In this document: piece after piece, positions 52,144 through 62,015 of the stretch
How the letters are laid out: each line of letters starts with the position of its first letter
Numbering within the stretch: the first letter of the stretch is position 1
Assembly (NCBI RefSeq): GCF_056712565.1
Contig: NZ_CM160072.1
Length of the DNA: 64,000 nucleotides
Strand: one strand, 5' to 3'
Made by a program: the position numbers and the translations under genes
Notes under the pieces: generated by a model
Database searches by the model: none
What the model was told of the DNA's origin: nothing
Seen by the model: only the letters and a program-made list of their open reading frames with translations

Positions 52144-53661
52144 TTAGCGAATATTCAGCGCTTCAACCATTACACAGCGACGACGGCGTGCAAACGAACG
52201 CGCTGACGTAAGTCCCTCGCCGGTCGGTCCGGCAATCGTAAAGGTGGCATGCCCTTCACCGCCCACCCCCAGCCCTGCATAAGAGGGACCATTTTTAACA
52301 AAGATGGTGGTCTGGATCAGGCGCGCCATTTTGGTCAGCTTTTCGACGTTGGTGGAGTGCATAACCGCGGTATGACGATTGCCGTGCTCCACTTTCACCG
52401 CCAGCTCAATGGCTTCATCAACATTGTCTACGCGCACCACCGGCAGGACCGGCATCATCAGCTCATGCACCACAAACGGATGTGTTTTCTCAGCCTCAAT
52501 TAAGATGACTTTGATATCGTCGCCAACCTGGATTCCCAGTTGTTGCAGGATATAGCGCGCATCTTTGCCGACAAAGGCGGTATTCGGCCCAGTGCCTTTT
52601 TCATTAAGCACCAACGATTGCAGTTGTTGACTTAACTTCTTATCGCACAACAGATAGGCACCGCTTTTCTTCATGCAGTGAATCAGATAGTCCGCTACCT
52701 GGTTCACAACAATCACCTCTTTTTCCGCCACGCACGGCAGGTTGTTGTCGAAGCTACAGCCCTTAATGATGTCGCGGGCTGCTTTTTCGATATCCGCCGT
52801 TTCATCTACCACAGCTGGCGGGTTACCTGCGCCTGCACCAATCGCTTTTTTACCTGATGACATCACGGTTTTCACGATGGCTGGACCGCCAGTCGCTACC
52901 AGCATGTTGATACGTGGGTCGTTGATCAGGACGTTGGTATTGTCGATGGACGGTTTGGTCACCGTTACCACCATGTTCGCCGGTGCGCCCAACTGGGCAA
53001 GCTTGTTGTTGATCAGCTCAACCGCGTACAGCGACACTTTGCGCGAGCGCGGATGTGGACTGAACACCACAGTGTTGCCTGCCGCCAGCATGCCTATGCT
53101 GTTGTTGATAATGGTTTCGGTCGGGTTAGTCGTTGGTGTAATCGAACCAATCACTCCGAACGCAGAGTATTCGATCAACGTTAAACCCCCGTCTCCGGAA
53201 ACCGCGCTGGTGGTCAGATCTTCGATACCTGGCGTTTTCAGCGCTGCGACGCGGTTTTTGATCAGTTTGTCCTCGTAATTCCCCATGCCGGTCTCTTCCA
53301 CCGCCATACGGGAAAGGGCACACAGCACATCTTCCTGCAGGAAGACATCGCGAATGCCATTGATAAACGAGGCGCGGTCTTGCATAGAACAGTGGCGATA
53401 CTGTACCTGTGCCAAGACGGCGGCGGAAATCGCCTCATCCATGGTATCGAATGCTCCAGTGCTAGCATTCGCTACCTTCGCTACCTGAGAGATCGCACTG
53501 GCGTCGCGCACGGAAGAGTGCTGCGCCAACGCCTTAGCGACAATTTCATCCAACCCGTCGACCCGCGCTGCTTCTGACGTGGCGGGAGCTTCATCCGGTG
53601 TTGCTTTGGTGAATTTGCTCAGGATGGTCGAGACAGCCTGAGCGATTTCAATATCATTCAT
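52144..53661 (-). CDS. CoA-acylating aldehyde dehydrogenase (PduP/EutE family)
   Basis: 505-aa ORF with aldehyde dehydrogenase core including catalytic Cys region NNLPCVAEKE. Confidence 0.9.
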   Translation of the reverse strand: MNDIEIAQAVSTILSKFTKATPDEAPATSEAARVDGLDEIVAKALAQHSSVRDASAISQVAKVANASTGAFDTMDEAISAAVLAQVQYRHCSMQDRASFINGIRDVFLQEDVLCALSRMAVEETGMGNYEDKLIKNRVAALKTPGIEDLTTSAVSGDGGLTLIEYSAFGVIGSITPTTNPTETIINNSIGMLAAGNTVVFSPHPRSRKVSLYAVELINNKLAQLGAPANMVVTVTKPSIDNTNVLINDPRINMLVATGGPAIVKTVMSSGKKAIGAGAGNPPAVVDETADIEKAARDIIKGCSFDNNLPCVAEKEVIVVNQVADYLIHCMKKSGAYLLCDKKLSQQLQSLVLNEKGTGPNTAFVGKDARYILQQLGIQVGDDIKVILIEAEKTHPFVVHELMMPVLPVVRVDNVDEAIELAVKVEHGNRHTAVMHSTNVEKLTKMARLIQTTIFVKNGPSYAGLGVGGEGHATFTIAGPTGEGLTSARSFARRRRCVMVEALNIR

Positions 53662-53721
53662 CTTTAAATTCCTTACTACTCTTCATCTACCGACCGCGCC
53701 GCGTGCATCGTCATCAGATGC

Positions 53722-54507
53722 TTAGATATATGGCGTCGTGGTGGATTTAATTTCCACCGGATCTAACGTGGAGAGCAGTTGTAGACCGACTTCACGCGCG
53801 GCAATCACCGCCTGACGTACTGCACCGGAATCACCGGAGAAGGTGAAGATCACTTCGTTACTAAAGCTGGTGCCTTGCGACGGGCTGGCATAACCCACCG
53901 GGTCAATCACGGCGGATTTCGCCGCAGCGTCGGCAATCACTAGGCCAATCGCCGCAGGCGAGGCACAGGTCATCCCGAAGGATTTACCAATCGGCGCACC
54001 CAGCGCTTTATTCAGCGCGTAGCTGGCACGAGCGGTGTACTGGAATTCAAGATGTCCGGCTGACGAGCCATAAACGTCACCCATGGTGCGTTCAATTTCA
54101 GACAGCGCCACTTCAACCGCACGCCTGACGTCGGAAACATCAGACGCACCAAAAATAATTAAGCAACCGTGTCCGCCACCTCCTTCGGTATCGCGGGCCA
54201 GCTCAATAGAAATAATTTCGCTGTTGGTTGCTTTAATCGCTTCGTCAGCCGCAAAAATTTGCGGGCCTGCGCCAGTACGTGCGCCAAGAATACCGATAGA
54301 GCGATATTTCTTGTCGATATTCATGACTTCATGCAATTGATTATCAACATTGGCAATCACTAGGCCGATAGTGTGGCCCAACGCAGTGCCGACAAATTCC
54401 GTAATACCGCAACCAGCGAAATTTGCTGCTGTTTTAGCTTCCGGTGAGATATCGGTTTGTTTATTCATTACGTCAGATATAATCTGCTCAACAAGATTAT
54501 CTCTCAT
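53722..54507 (-). CDS. BMC-T shell protein (tandem BMC domains, PduB-like)
   Basis: 261-aa ORF with two BMC-like repeats. Confidence 0.75.
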   Translation of the reverse strand: MRDNLVEQIISDVMNKQTDISPEAKTAANFAGCGITEFVGTALGHTIGLVIANVDNQLHEVMNIDKKYRSIGILGARTGAGPQIFAADEAIKATNSEIISIELARDTEGGGGHGCLIIFGASDVSDVRRAVEVALSEIERTMGDVYGSSAGHLEFQYTARASYALNKALGAPIGKSFGMTCASPAAIGLVIADAAAKSAVIDPVGYASPSQGTSFSNEVIFTFSGDSGAVRQAVIAAREVGLQLLSTLDPVEIKSTTTPYI

Positions 54508-54528
54508 GATCAGTATCCTTTATTGTTA

Positions 54529-54810
54529 TTAACCGATAGCCTTCGGTAGAATTTTTTCCACCTCAATGTGTGGGCGTGGAATAACATGTACGGAGACCAG
54601 TTCTCCCACTTTACTCGCAGCAGCGGAGCCCGCATCTGTCGCGGCTTTCACTGCGCCAACGTCGCCGCGAACCATCACAGTCACCAAGCCGGAGCCGATT
54701 TTTTCATAACCCACTAGGGTCACGTTGGCAGATTTCACCATGGTATCTGCAGCTTCAATTGCAGAAACCAGACCTTTCGTTTCAACCATTCCTAATGCTT
54801 CTTGTTGCAT
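54529..54810 (-). CDS. BMC-H shell protein (PduA/EutM-like)
   Basis: Start at internal [57 protein letters not shown] (93 aa). Confidence 0.85.
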   Translation of the reverse strand: MQQEALGMVETKGLVSAIEAADTMVKSANVTLVGYEKIGSGLVTVMVRGDVGAVKAATDAGSAAASKVGELVSVHVIPRPHIEVEKILPKAIG

Positions 54811-55094
54811 AACGACCTCAATATTTCCGATAGAAAGAAAACGTGCACAGAGGAATAGCAATCTACGGATTCACCCATGTGCATTAATTATTTAATTATC
54901 ATAATGCTAAGGTTATTCAGACAAAATGTTTTGCGCGTCAGTGGGACTATCTTGCTTTTGCATTCCCGCAATTGACAATAAAATCCACCCGAGGTTTGTA
55001 ATAAAAGATCTGCGTTTAAATTTCCTTGCAAAATAGCCCCGCTCTGAATAGCAATCATAATTACTGTTAAAACTGTCGTATTTTTGCCAATTAG

Positions 55095-56291
55095 TTATGC
55101 CGTGCGGGCAATCTCCGCTGCATCTATAGCAATCATTTTTTCTTCATTGGTTGGGATGACCGCAATCTTCGTGGTGTCGGTTTTAGAAATCAGTCCGCTA
55201 CGTCCGCCGAACAGCTGCTGGTTACGTTCTTTATCCAGTTCCAATCCCAGCGCCTGAAGGCGTTGCACGGTAAGTTCTCGAATTAACGCCGAGTTTTCGC
55301 CAATTCCACCGGTGAAAATCAGCGCATCGAAGCGTTTAAGCGAGGTCACGTGGCCGCCGATATGTCGTGCGAGACGATGTACTAACACGTCGATGGCTAA
55401 CGCTGCCCGTTCGTGGCCCTCATCACGCGCCTGCTGAAGGGTGCGGCAATCGCTGGATAAGCCGGAAATCCCCATTAGGCCGGACTGGTTATTGAGCATT
55501 TTGTACAGCGTGTCGAACGTTTGACCTGTGCGTTTCGCCAGATATGCGACGACACCAAAATCAAGATCCCCGCAGCGCGTGCCCATTACCAGCCCTTCCA
55601 GCGGGGTCATACCCATTGAGGTGTCAATGCTCGTGCCGTTTTGCACCGCACATAGCGATGAACCGTTGCCCAAGTGGGCAATCACGATGCCATGATCCGC
55701 CGGGTCGAGATCTAGTGATGCAAGCGCCTCGGCGGCAATATAGCGGTGAGATGTTCCGTGAAAGCCGTAACGTCGCACCATATAATCTTGCTGGAACTCC
55801 AGCGGGATCGCATAGGTGTAAGCAGCCGGAGACAAGGTCTGGTGGAACGCAGTATCGAACACCGCAATATGCGGCAACGCGGGCAACAGAGCCCGAGCCG
55901 CTTCAATACCAATCAGGTTGGCAGGGTTATGCAAAGGGGCCAGCACCGACAGCGCGCGGACTTTTTCGATCACATCATCGGTAACCAGTACTGATCTTTT
56001 GAAGTCGCTGCCGCCATGAGCCACGCGGTGCCCAACGGCGTTGATGGCTTCCAACAGTTGCTGTTCGTCGAGCTTCGCGAAGAGCACTTTGAGCGCATGC
56101 TGATGGCTGGCGTCATCCAGCGCGACAGTGGATTTATGGCCGTCTCGGTCTTTAAACGTTATGACAGCATGATCAATACCCAGTCGTTCCGCTAGGCCCG
56201 ACAGCAACGGCTGATCTGCATCCTGAGGAATGACGGAGAATTTCATTGATGAGGAACCACAATTAATCACTAATACACAAGCTAAAGACAT
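55095..56291 (-). CDS. Acetate/propionate kinase (AckA/PduW/TdcD family)
   Basis: Start at internal MSLACVLVINCGSSSMKF (398 aa); ASKHA motifs FHGTSHRY and FTGGIGENS. Confidence 0.85.
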   Translation of the reverse strand: MSLACVLVINCGSSSMKFSVIPQDADQPLLSGLAERLGIDHAVITFKDRDGHKSTVALDDASHQHALKVLFAKLDEQQLLEAINAVGHRVAHGGSDFKRSVLVTDDVIEKVRALSVLAPLHNPANLIGIEAARALLPALPHIAVFDTAFHQTLSPAAYTYAIPLEFQQDYMVRRYGFHGTSHRYIAAEALASLDLDPADHGIVIAHLGNGSSLCAVQNGTSIDTSMGMTPLEGLVMGTRCGDLDFGVVAYLAKRTGQTFDTLYKMLNNQSGLMGISGLSSDCRTLQQARDEGHERAALAIDVLVHRLARHIGGHVTSLKRFDALIFTGGIGENSALIRELTVQRLQALGLELDKERNQQLFGGRSGLISKTDTTKIAVIPTNEEKMIAIDAAEIARTA

Positions 56292-56319
56292 GATGCCCCC
56301 TGAAATGGACTGCAAAAAA

Positions 56320-56817
56320 TTAACGGGTTGTTGTGAGGGGATAACGCAGAACGCTAAACTGCGCCATCGCCTGGCGGGCGATGAGCATATCTTCCTCAAC
56401 ACTGCCGCCGCTGATGCCGATGCCGCCTAGTAAGCGCCTGCCCGACCAGCAGGGAAAACCACCGCCGAAGCAGCAGATATCTTTTTCTTTCTCAAGGCCG
56501 TACAAATCACCACCCGGCTGTACCAGCGTTGCCAGTTCGTGAGTTGGCATTTTGAGAGCTACCGCGGTCCAGGCCTTTTGTGGTGCCAAGGTATGGCTGA
56601 CCAGCAGGGCGTTATCCATGCTGAAGAAAAAACGCTGCTGACCGCAGGCATCCACTAGGCTAAAAACGATCGATACATTGCTGGACTGTGCTATTTCCCG
56701 GACCAACTTTGCCAGCAGTTCACTGTCCTCCAGGCTCAGCGACATCCGGAGTTCCGGTAACTGCGTGGCAATAGCCTCGTTAATCCAGTTGTCGAGTGAA
56801 GCCTCATTCGCAGACAT
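56320..56817 (-). CDS. GlcG/PduO-C-terminal-like (DUF336, heme-binding-type) protein
   Basis: 165-aa ORF with C-terminal GGIGISGGSVEEDMLIARQAM motif. Confidence 0.65.
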   Translation of the reverse strand: MSANEASLDNWINEAIATQLPELRMSLSLEDSELLAKLVREIAQSSNVSIVFSLVDACGQQRFFFSMDNALLVSHTLAPQKAWTAVALKMPTHELATLVQPGGDLYGLEKEKDICCFGGGFPCWSGRRLLGGIGISGGSVEEDMLIARQAMAQFSVLRYPLTTTR

Positions 56818-56844
56818 AAGTATTCCTCAGCGTACGCGCCGCTA

Positions 56845-57114
56845 TTAACCGTTAAGTTCGAGCGAGTCGACGATACCCACCACGGCAGCGTCAATCACCG
56901 AGTGATCTTTGTTGTTGCTCATACGCGCCGAACTGCCGGTGGTGATGATCACAATCTCTCCATTGCCCGCGCCGACAGTATCAACTGCCACCTGGGCATG
57001 AACAGTCGGCTGATAGTTTTCATCGAGCCGCGCCACTATCAGCAGTTTTGAGCCATTCAGCGAGGCGTGTTTGGTGGTGGAAACCAATGCGCCAGTAACT
57101 TTAGCGAGGTACAT
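56845..57114 (-). CDS. BMC-P vertex (pentamer) protein, EutN/PduN/CcmL family
   Basis: 89-aa ORF MYLAKVTGALVSTTKHASLNGSKLLIV...GAGNGEIVII... Confidence 0.85.
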   Translation of the reverse strand: MYLAKVTGALVSTTKHASLNGSKLLIVARLDENYQPTVHAQVAVDTVGAGNGEIVIITTGSSARMSNNKDHSVIDAAVVGIVDSLELNG

Positions 57115-57125
57115 ATTTCCTCCGG

Positions 57126-57830
57126 TTAACCATGGATAACAGTGAGATTACGCCGCTGGATTTCATCTCTGGCAGCAGGGGTAATCAGCGTGTCGCTCTC
57201 AATGCGCAGCACTGTGCCAATGGTCAGTAGGCGGATATCGCTCTGGGTGATTAAACGTTTTTTACCGGCTACTGTCAGGGTGGATTGGCTTCCTTGCACC
57301 GACTTGACATGGGCTGCACGTTTACCGAAAAGCGTAATGCCATAGCTCTCTAGGACCTGAGCGTAACCTTCCAGACAAGACAGCAGTGGCATCGGTAATT
57401 CGCTATCGACGCATTGTTGATGCAGCGTGGCGATAATCTGTTTACGGTGCTGTAACGTCTGAAATACAGTTTCACAGGCCAGATTATCGCGAATGCCCAG
57501 CGCAATTTTGCTCATGCTGTTGACAGAGAGCGCAGGCAGATAGAGCACCTCATAGTGAGGCGGCGATCTGTCAAATCCAGCACGAGAACCACGCTGAATT
57601 AGCGCATCCATGCAGACAGATTTCAGCGCCGACTGGCTGGCGCTGTGAGAAAAATTTACCCACAACTGATAACCCGCCAGCTCAAGCGCCTCAAGGCAGT
57701 TCAGCGTTTCCGGCAGCGAGGAGATATCCTCACCAGTCACCACTACGCAGACATTTTTCTGCGCGACGGATTGTGCCAACACTTCAGCGATGACCCGGTC
57801 CAGCAGTTGCGATAAGGTTTGATTGTCCAT
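57126..57830 (-). CDS. Hypothetical protein of the microcompartment operon (possible flavoprotein-like fold; unassigned)
   Basis: ORF track 241 aa; start at internal MDNQTLSQLL preferred (follows the EutJ-like stop); VCVVVTGEDISSL motif; family uncertain. Confidence 0.45.
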   Translation of the reverse strand: MDNQTLSQLLDRVIAEVLAQSVAQKNVCVVVTGEDISSLPETLNCLEALELAGYQLWVNFSHSASQSALKSVCMDALIQRGSRAGFDRSPPHYEVLYLPALSVNSMSKIALGIRDNLACETVFQTLQHRKQIIATLHQQCVDSELPMPLLSCLEGYAQVLESYGITLFGKRAAHVKSVQGSQSTLTVAGKKRLITQSDIRLLTIGTVLRIESDTLITPAARDEIQRRNLTVIHG

Positions 57831-57834
57831 TGAT

Positions 57835-58593
57835 TTACCCCTGGTCCGCATTCATGGCGATGCCTAATGGTGTGACCAATAGTGGCTCTGCCGAAGGAAT
57901 CACATTTTTACCGGTTTGTTTACTGAACACGTTGGCAAACTGGCTGAAGCTGCTCGCGCCACCTACCAAATAAATATTTTTTACCTGCTGGGTAGCGAAC
58001 CATCCCGACACCAAGCTGGCCATTTTCTGGGCCACCGGTAGCACCAGGGTAAAGACCTGCGCTTCCTGCCCGTTTTTTTTCATTTCTTCCGCCTCGGCAT
58101 AAGGCAAGCCCAGCGCGCCAGCGATCACCAACTTCATATGGCTTCCACCGGTGGGCTCATCGGCACTGAACGTCACTTTACCGCTTTTCAAAATGCTCAT
58201 GCCGGTGGTGCCTCCTCCGACATCCACCACCGCCCCGTTTTTAATATTCAGCGCGCTGGCAGCGGCTACCGGTTCATCTAGTACTTGGGTCACGATAAAA
58301 CCCGCCAACTCCACTACGTTGACGATCACTTTTGTGTTGCCTTCAGAGATCCCCGGTGGGACTGCGATCGCCGCGCGCTCCAGCGTGCAGCCCTGTTTCT
58401 GTTCAAGAATTTGTTTGAGACGTGCTACTACCCGGCTGGCGGTCAGGTAATCCACCACCACGCCGTCTTTCACCACATTGGAGGGATACATTACCCCTGC
58501 CACCGGCTGGTTATCTTCATCCAGCACCACGATTGCGATATTGGCGGTACCGAGATCCCCCCCACCTTCAACGCGCCGGAGTAGGGCCGACAT
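57835..58593 (-). CDS. EutJ-like actin/Hsp70-fold chaperone; N-terminus apparently displaced by a -1 frameshift in a C7/G7 homopolymer
   Basis: 252-aa ORF with DLGTANIAIVV and VDVGGGTTG motifs; an upstream ATG at 58653-58655 reads MANSPENCRFHELAALIDSGECRPYSGALKVG in another frame and would join in-frame if the run at 58557-58563 were 8 nt. Confidence 0.7.
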   Translation of the reverse strand: MSALLRRVEGGGDLGTANIAIVVLDEDNQPVAGVMYPSNVVKDGVVVDYLTASRVVARLKQILEQKQGCTLERAAIAVPPGISEGNTKVIVNVVELAGFIVTQVLDEPVAAASALNIKNGAVVDVGGGTTGMSILKSGKVTFSADEPTGGSHMKLVIAGALGLPYAEAEEMKKNGQEAQVFTLVLPVAQKMASLVSGWFATQQVKNIYLVGGASSFSQFANVFSKQTGKNVIPSAEPLLVTPLGIAMNADQG

Positions 58594-58647
58594 TCGCCGC
58601 TGTCAATCAGCGCGGCCAATTCGTGAAATCGGCAGTTTTCGGGGCTG

Positions 58648-59334
58648 TTAGCCATGGCGCGCAGCCTGTTTTATGCCGCGAACGGTATCGCCATTACGCA
58701 GACCGACGCCGTTAGCTTCTTCCATATCAATATGCAGTTCCAGCACTGCATCCGCCGTGACGCGTACCACTACATGGCTGAGCACACCACCGCGCGGACC
58801 GTTTGTTTGCACATCGATTTCCATTCCGTCATGCAGGCCGTGCAGTTCGGCTTCTTCGGGCGAGATATGGATATGGCGCCAGGCGACAATCATGCCGTTG
58901 TGTTTCACCACCCGCCCTTTCGGACCGATGATTTCAATGCCCGGCGAATCCAGCAGATCCCCCGACATGCGCACCGGAGCTTTAGTGCCCAGCGCAAAGC
59001 CGTCGGCCACAGAGATTTCCACCTGCGTGGCATTACGCAGTGGCCCTAACACGCGCACTTTGTTGAGCTCGCCTTTTGGCCCGCGCAGCGTCACCATCTC
59101 TTCGGCGGCATACTGACCGGGCTGTTTCAACGCTTTAGAACGGGTTAGCGTAGAGCCGTAGCCAAACAGAATGTCCATATCTTCACGGCACAGATGAACA
59201 TGGCGGTTGGACACGCCCACCGGAATATTCAGCGCGACAGGCGCGGCAGCAGGCGCTGCCGTTTTTTTACTGGTGGCAAGTTCCTGCAAAATTTGTTGGG
59301 TAATCCACTCGGCTTGTTGTTCGGTGTAATTCAT
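58648..59334 (-). CDS. PduL-type phosphotransacylase (phosphate acyl-transferase)
   Basis: 228-aa ORF with PduL signatures NRHVHL and WRHIHISPEEA. Confidence 0.85.
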   Translation of the reverse strand: MNYTEQQAEWITQQILQELATSKKTAAPAAAPVALNIPVGVSNRHVHLCREDMDILFGYGSTLTRSKALKQPGQYAAEEMVTLRGPKGELNKVRVLGPLRNATQVEISVADGFALGTKAPVRMSGDLLDSPGIEIIGPKGRVVKHNGMIVAWRHIHISPEEAELHGLHDGMEIDVQTNGPRGGVLSHVVVRVTADAVLELHIDMEEANGVGLRNGDTVRGIKQAARHG

Positions 59335-59473
59335 AATGGGTACGACCTGATTATTGGGTTATCTTATGGGTAATGGGCGTCTAACGATCAGGATAGGGAG
59401 TAACGACGCCCGGTTTTTGTTTATCAGCAGGACTTTTTTGACTGCTTCACGGAGGCTGAACAAAGTTATCCAG

Positions 59474-60592
59474 CTAGCCGGTAATCAGGTCGATCAACCC
59501 TTCGACATCATGCGTCGTCACCTGCCGCGGGTTCGACGCGGTACAACCGTCGGCCAGCGTCGAATTCACCAGTGCGCTGCGCAACTCGATGATTTTTGCA
59601 CGGTCGATGCCCAGTTCGCTGAGAGTGACGGGGATGCAGAAATGGCGATTGATCTGGCGGATCTCCTGAGTCATCAGCGCGATGGCCTGCTCCGGTACCG
59701 CATGGTCAATGCCTATGATTTGCGCGCAACGGTGATAGCGATCGCGGGTTTCAGTGCTGGCCCGTTTGCTGTTGAAGTCGATGACAATCGGCAGCAGCAT
59801 GGCGTTAATTTTGCCATGAGGAATATGCAGCATCCCGCCGATGGCGTGTGCCATGCCGTGTACCAACCCCAGCCCGGCGGAGTTAAATGCCATGCCTGCC
59901 ATACAGGAGGCATTGTGCATGTGGGTGCGCGCCGCAATGTCTTTTTCGTCGTTAAACACCTGCGGCAGATAGCGCCAGGTCAACGCGATGGCTTTTTCCG
60001 CCAGCGCATCGCTAAAGTCATTTGAGCCAGTAGAGACAAAGGCTTCAATGGCATGGGTCAGCACGTCCATGCCGGTATCTACCGCGACATGACGCGGCGC
60101 GGTTAACACTAGGTTAGGATCGAGAATGGCGATTTCCGGCACCAGTTGCCCGGAGATCAACGGATATTTGCGGCCATTTTGCGGATCAGAGATGATCGCG
60201 TAGGACGTCACTTCAGAGCCGGATCCGCTGGTTGTGGGAATAGCAATGAGATCGATTTGATGATCTCCAAAATACTCTTCCAATGTGACTTTAATTCCTT
60301 TCGCAGCGTCCAGCGACGAGCCGCCGCCGAGGGCGATAATAACGTCGGGCTTAAAGGCTTTAAAACGCGCCGCGCCGGAAGTCAGAATATCAATATCTGG
60401 ATCCGGAGTAACCTCACCGAAAATGCATACCGATGCCTCAGGCATATGGCTTATTAAATAACGAGTTTTACCTGATGACATCATAAAATCATCGGTGACA
60501 ATACCGACTCGTTTATTATTAAATTGGCATAGAGAGGTTATTGCCTCTTCACCAAAATAAATTTTGGGGCACGAAAAATAATAGCGGGCCAT
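59474..60592 (-). CDS. Iron-containing alcohol dehydrogenase (PduQ/EutG-like); first gene of the operon
   Basis: 372-aa ORF with Fe-ADH motifs GGGSSLDAAK and His-rich metal site; 5' intergenic region upstream. Confidence 0.9.
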   Translation of the reverse strand: MARYYFSCPKIYFGEEAITSLCQFNNKRVGIVTDDFMMSSGKTRYLISHMPEASVCIFGEVTPDPDIDILTSGAARFKAFKPDVIIALGGGSSLDAAKGIKVTLEEYFGDHQIDLIAIPTTSGSGSEVTSYAIISDPQNGRKYPLISGQLVPEIAILDPNLVLTAPRHVAVDTGMDVLTHAIEAFVSTGSNDFSDALAEKAIALTWRYLPQVFNDEKDIAARTHMHNASCMAGMAFNSAGLGLVHGMAHAIGGMLHIPHGKINAMLLPIVIDFNSKRASTETRDRYHRCAQIIGIDHAVPEQAIALMTQEIRQINRHFCIPVTLSELGIDRAKIIELRSALVNSTLADGCTASNPRQVTTHDVEGLIDLITG

Positions 60593-60810
60593 GTGTAACT
60601 ACCTTAATCATGGTAAACGACCAAATTTGATGTCGTTAACCTAACATGGCGATTTTTTTAATGGACTGAGGATGTTTGTGCAGGTGAAGGATTATTTTGC
60701 GGTATTGTTTTGCCTTGAGCAAAAAAGTCCTTTTCTAGGAAATACCTAAAATCTGATACAGTCAAACTCAATATTTATTGTCAGAGAATGAATAAAAGCG
60801 GGGTGTTTTT

Positions 60811-61442
60811 TTGCCACTGCACTGCTTCAGGAATGTATTCACCCCTCATAAAGGCTTCAATGACTCTCCGCCATGGCAAACATGCCATAGGGGGAGATTT
60901 TCAGATAATGATAATAATGTTCGCCCACATCCGATTGTAAATGGATCAGAAAAATGGCCGCGTATTGCCCTGCTGAATGTGGATTACGTCACCTGTTTTG
61001 AATTGCCTTTCTGCTTACCCGGACACCACAACTGATTGCTGTGCTGCGTGAAGAATGGGACATCAGCCAGAAAAATGTGGTGTTCAACGATAAACGCTTT
61101 GGCTGCGTGTACAGCCTGAAGGCCAGTCTTTCCAGTGTGCCGGATACATACCGGTATCATCTGTCTCACCGTATTCGTCGCGTGGTTGGGAATGAAAACA
61201 CATCATTGCCATATCAGCAGGTTGCCCGGGAAGTGAAAGCGCCCCGTGAACGGCTGAAGTATGCGCTGGAGGCGGGGTTACTGGTGACCGCACTGGACGG
61301 CCTGTTCTGGTCTGGCAGTCAGCGTATTGCGGCTGATGTCCTGAGACTAAGACAGAGCGGAATGCCGGTGGTGACAACGACCGTGGAGGTGCACGATAAC
61401 CTGACGGGAACAACCCGCAAAATACCGGCATACCATCTCTGA
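60811..61442 (+). pseudogene. Gene fragments of unknown function (two adjacent ORFs in different frames, no convincing start)
   Basis: ORFs 60811-61035 and 61041-61442 (GTG-initiated in ORF track) look like pieces of one disrupted gene; family not recognised. Confidence 0.25.
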
Positions 61443-61462
61443 TACAACCATCAGGGGGAATA

Positions 61463-61771
61463 TTGCTCTGGCAGCAGCAGTACGACATTCTTTATACTTT
61501 ATCCCCGTGCCTGAAAACATGTGCTAAGGAAACGGGAATGGCAAGGTCCGATTACGATATTATCAATCTGTCTCTGGAACATGAACTGAATGAGTGGCTG
61601 GCAGAGAGAGGTTATGCCGGACTGGCGTATAACCGGAACCGGGTGGTAGAGGTGGTTACCCGCAAATTGCAGGACAGCTTTTATATCAACGTTTCCTGGG
61701 ATGCGCTGAACACGGCATACAATGAACACCCGGAGTGGTTTTCAGGGTTTGTCTCCGGGGATGAGAATTAA
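61463..61771 (+). CDS. Hypothetical small protein
   Basis: 102-aa ORF, plausible shorter start at MARSDYDIINL; family not recognised. Confidence 0.3.
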   Translation: MLWQQQYDILYTLSPCLKTCAKETGMARSDYDIINLSLEHELNEWLAERGYAGLAYNRNRVVEVVTRKLQDSFYINVSWDALNTAYNEHPEWFSGFVSGDEN

Positions 61772-61823
61772 TAAGTGGATTATGCTGCCATCAGGCAGTG
61801 TGATTGCCGGCAGGGATTTCGTT

Positions 61824-62015
61824 TTATTCTGTTTCTTCCCGGGGGTCGGGTTTGAATTTTCCCAGAAAGTTGTACATCGGTCGCATACAGGGATGCGGAT
61901 AACCCTCCCGCATAAAAACCACTCGGGTTTCTTCGACGCTGGTTACGGTGGCCAGTGCTCCATGATCGTCTTTGTATCGCTGATTGACTTTCGGTAATGG
62001 AACATCTTCTGACAT
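61824..62015 (-). CDS. Hypothetical small protein
   Basis: 63-aa ORF MSEDVPLPKVNQRYKDDHGALATVTSVEETRVVF...; family not recognised. Confidence 0.3.
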   Translation of the reverse strand: MSEDVPLPKVNQRYKDDHGALATVTSVEETRVVFMREGYPHPCMRPMYNFLGKFKPDPREETE

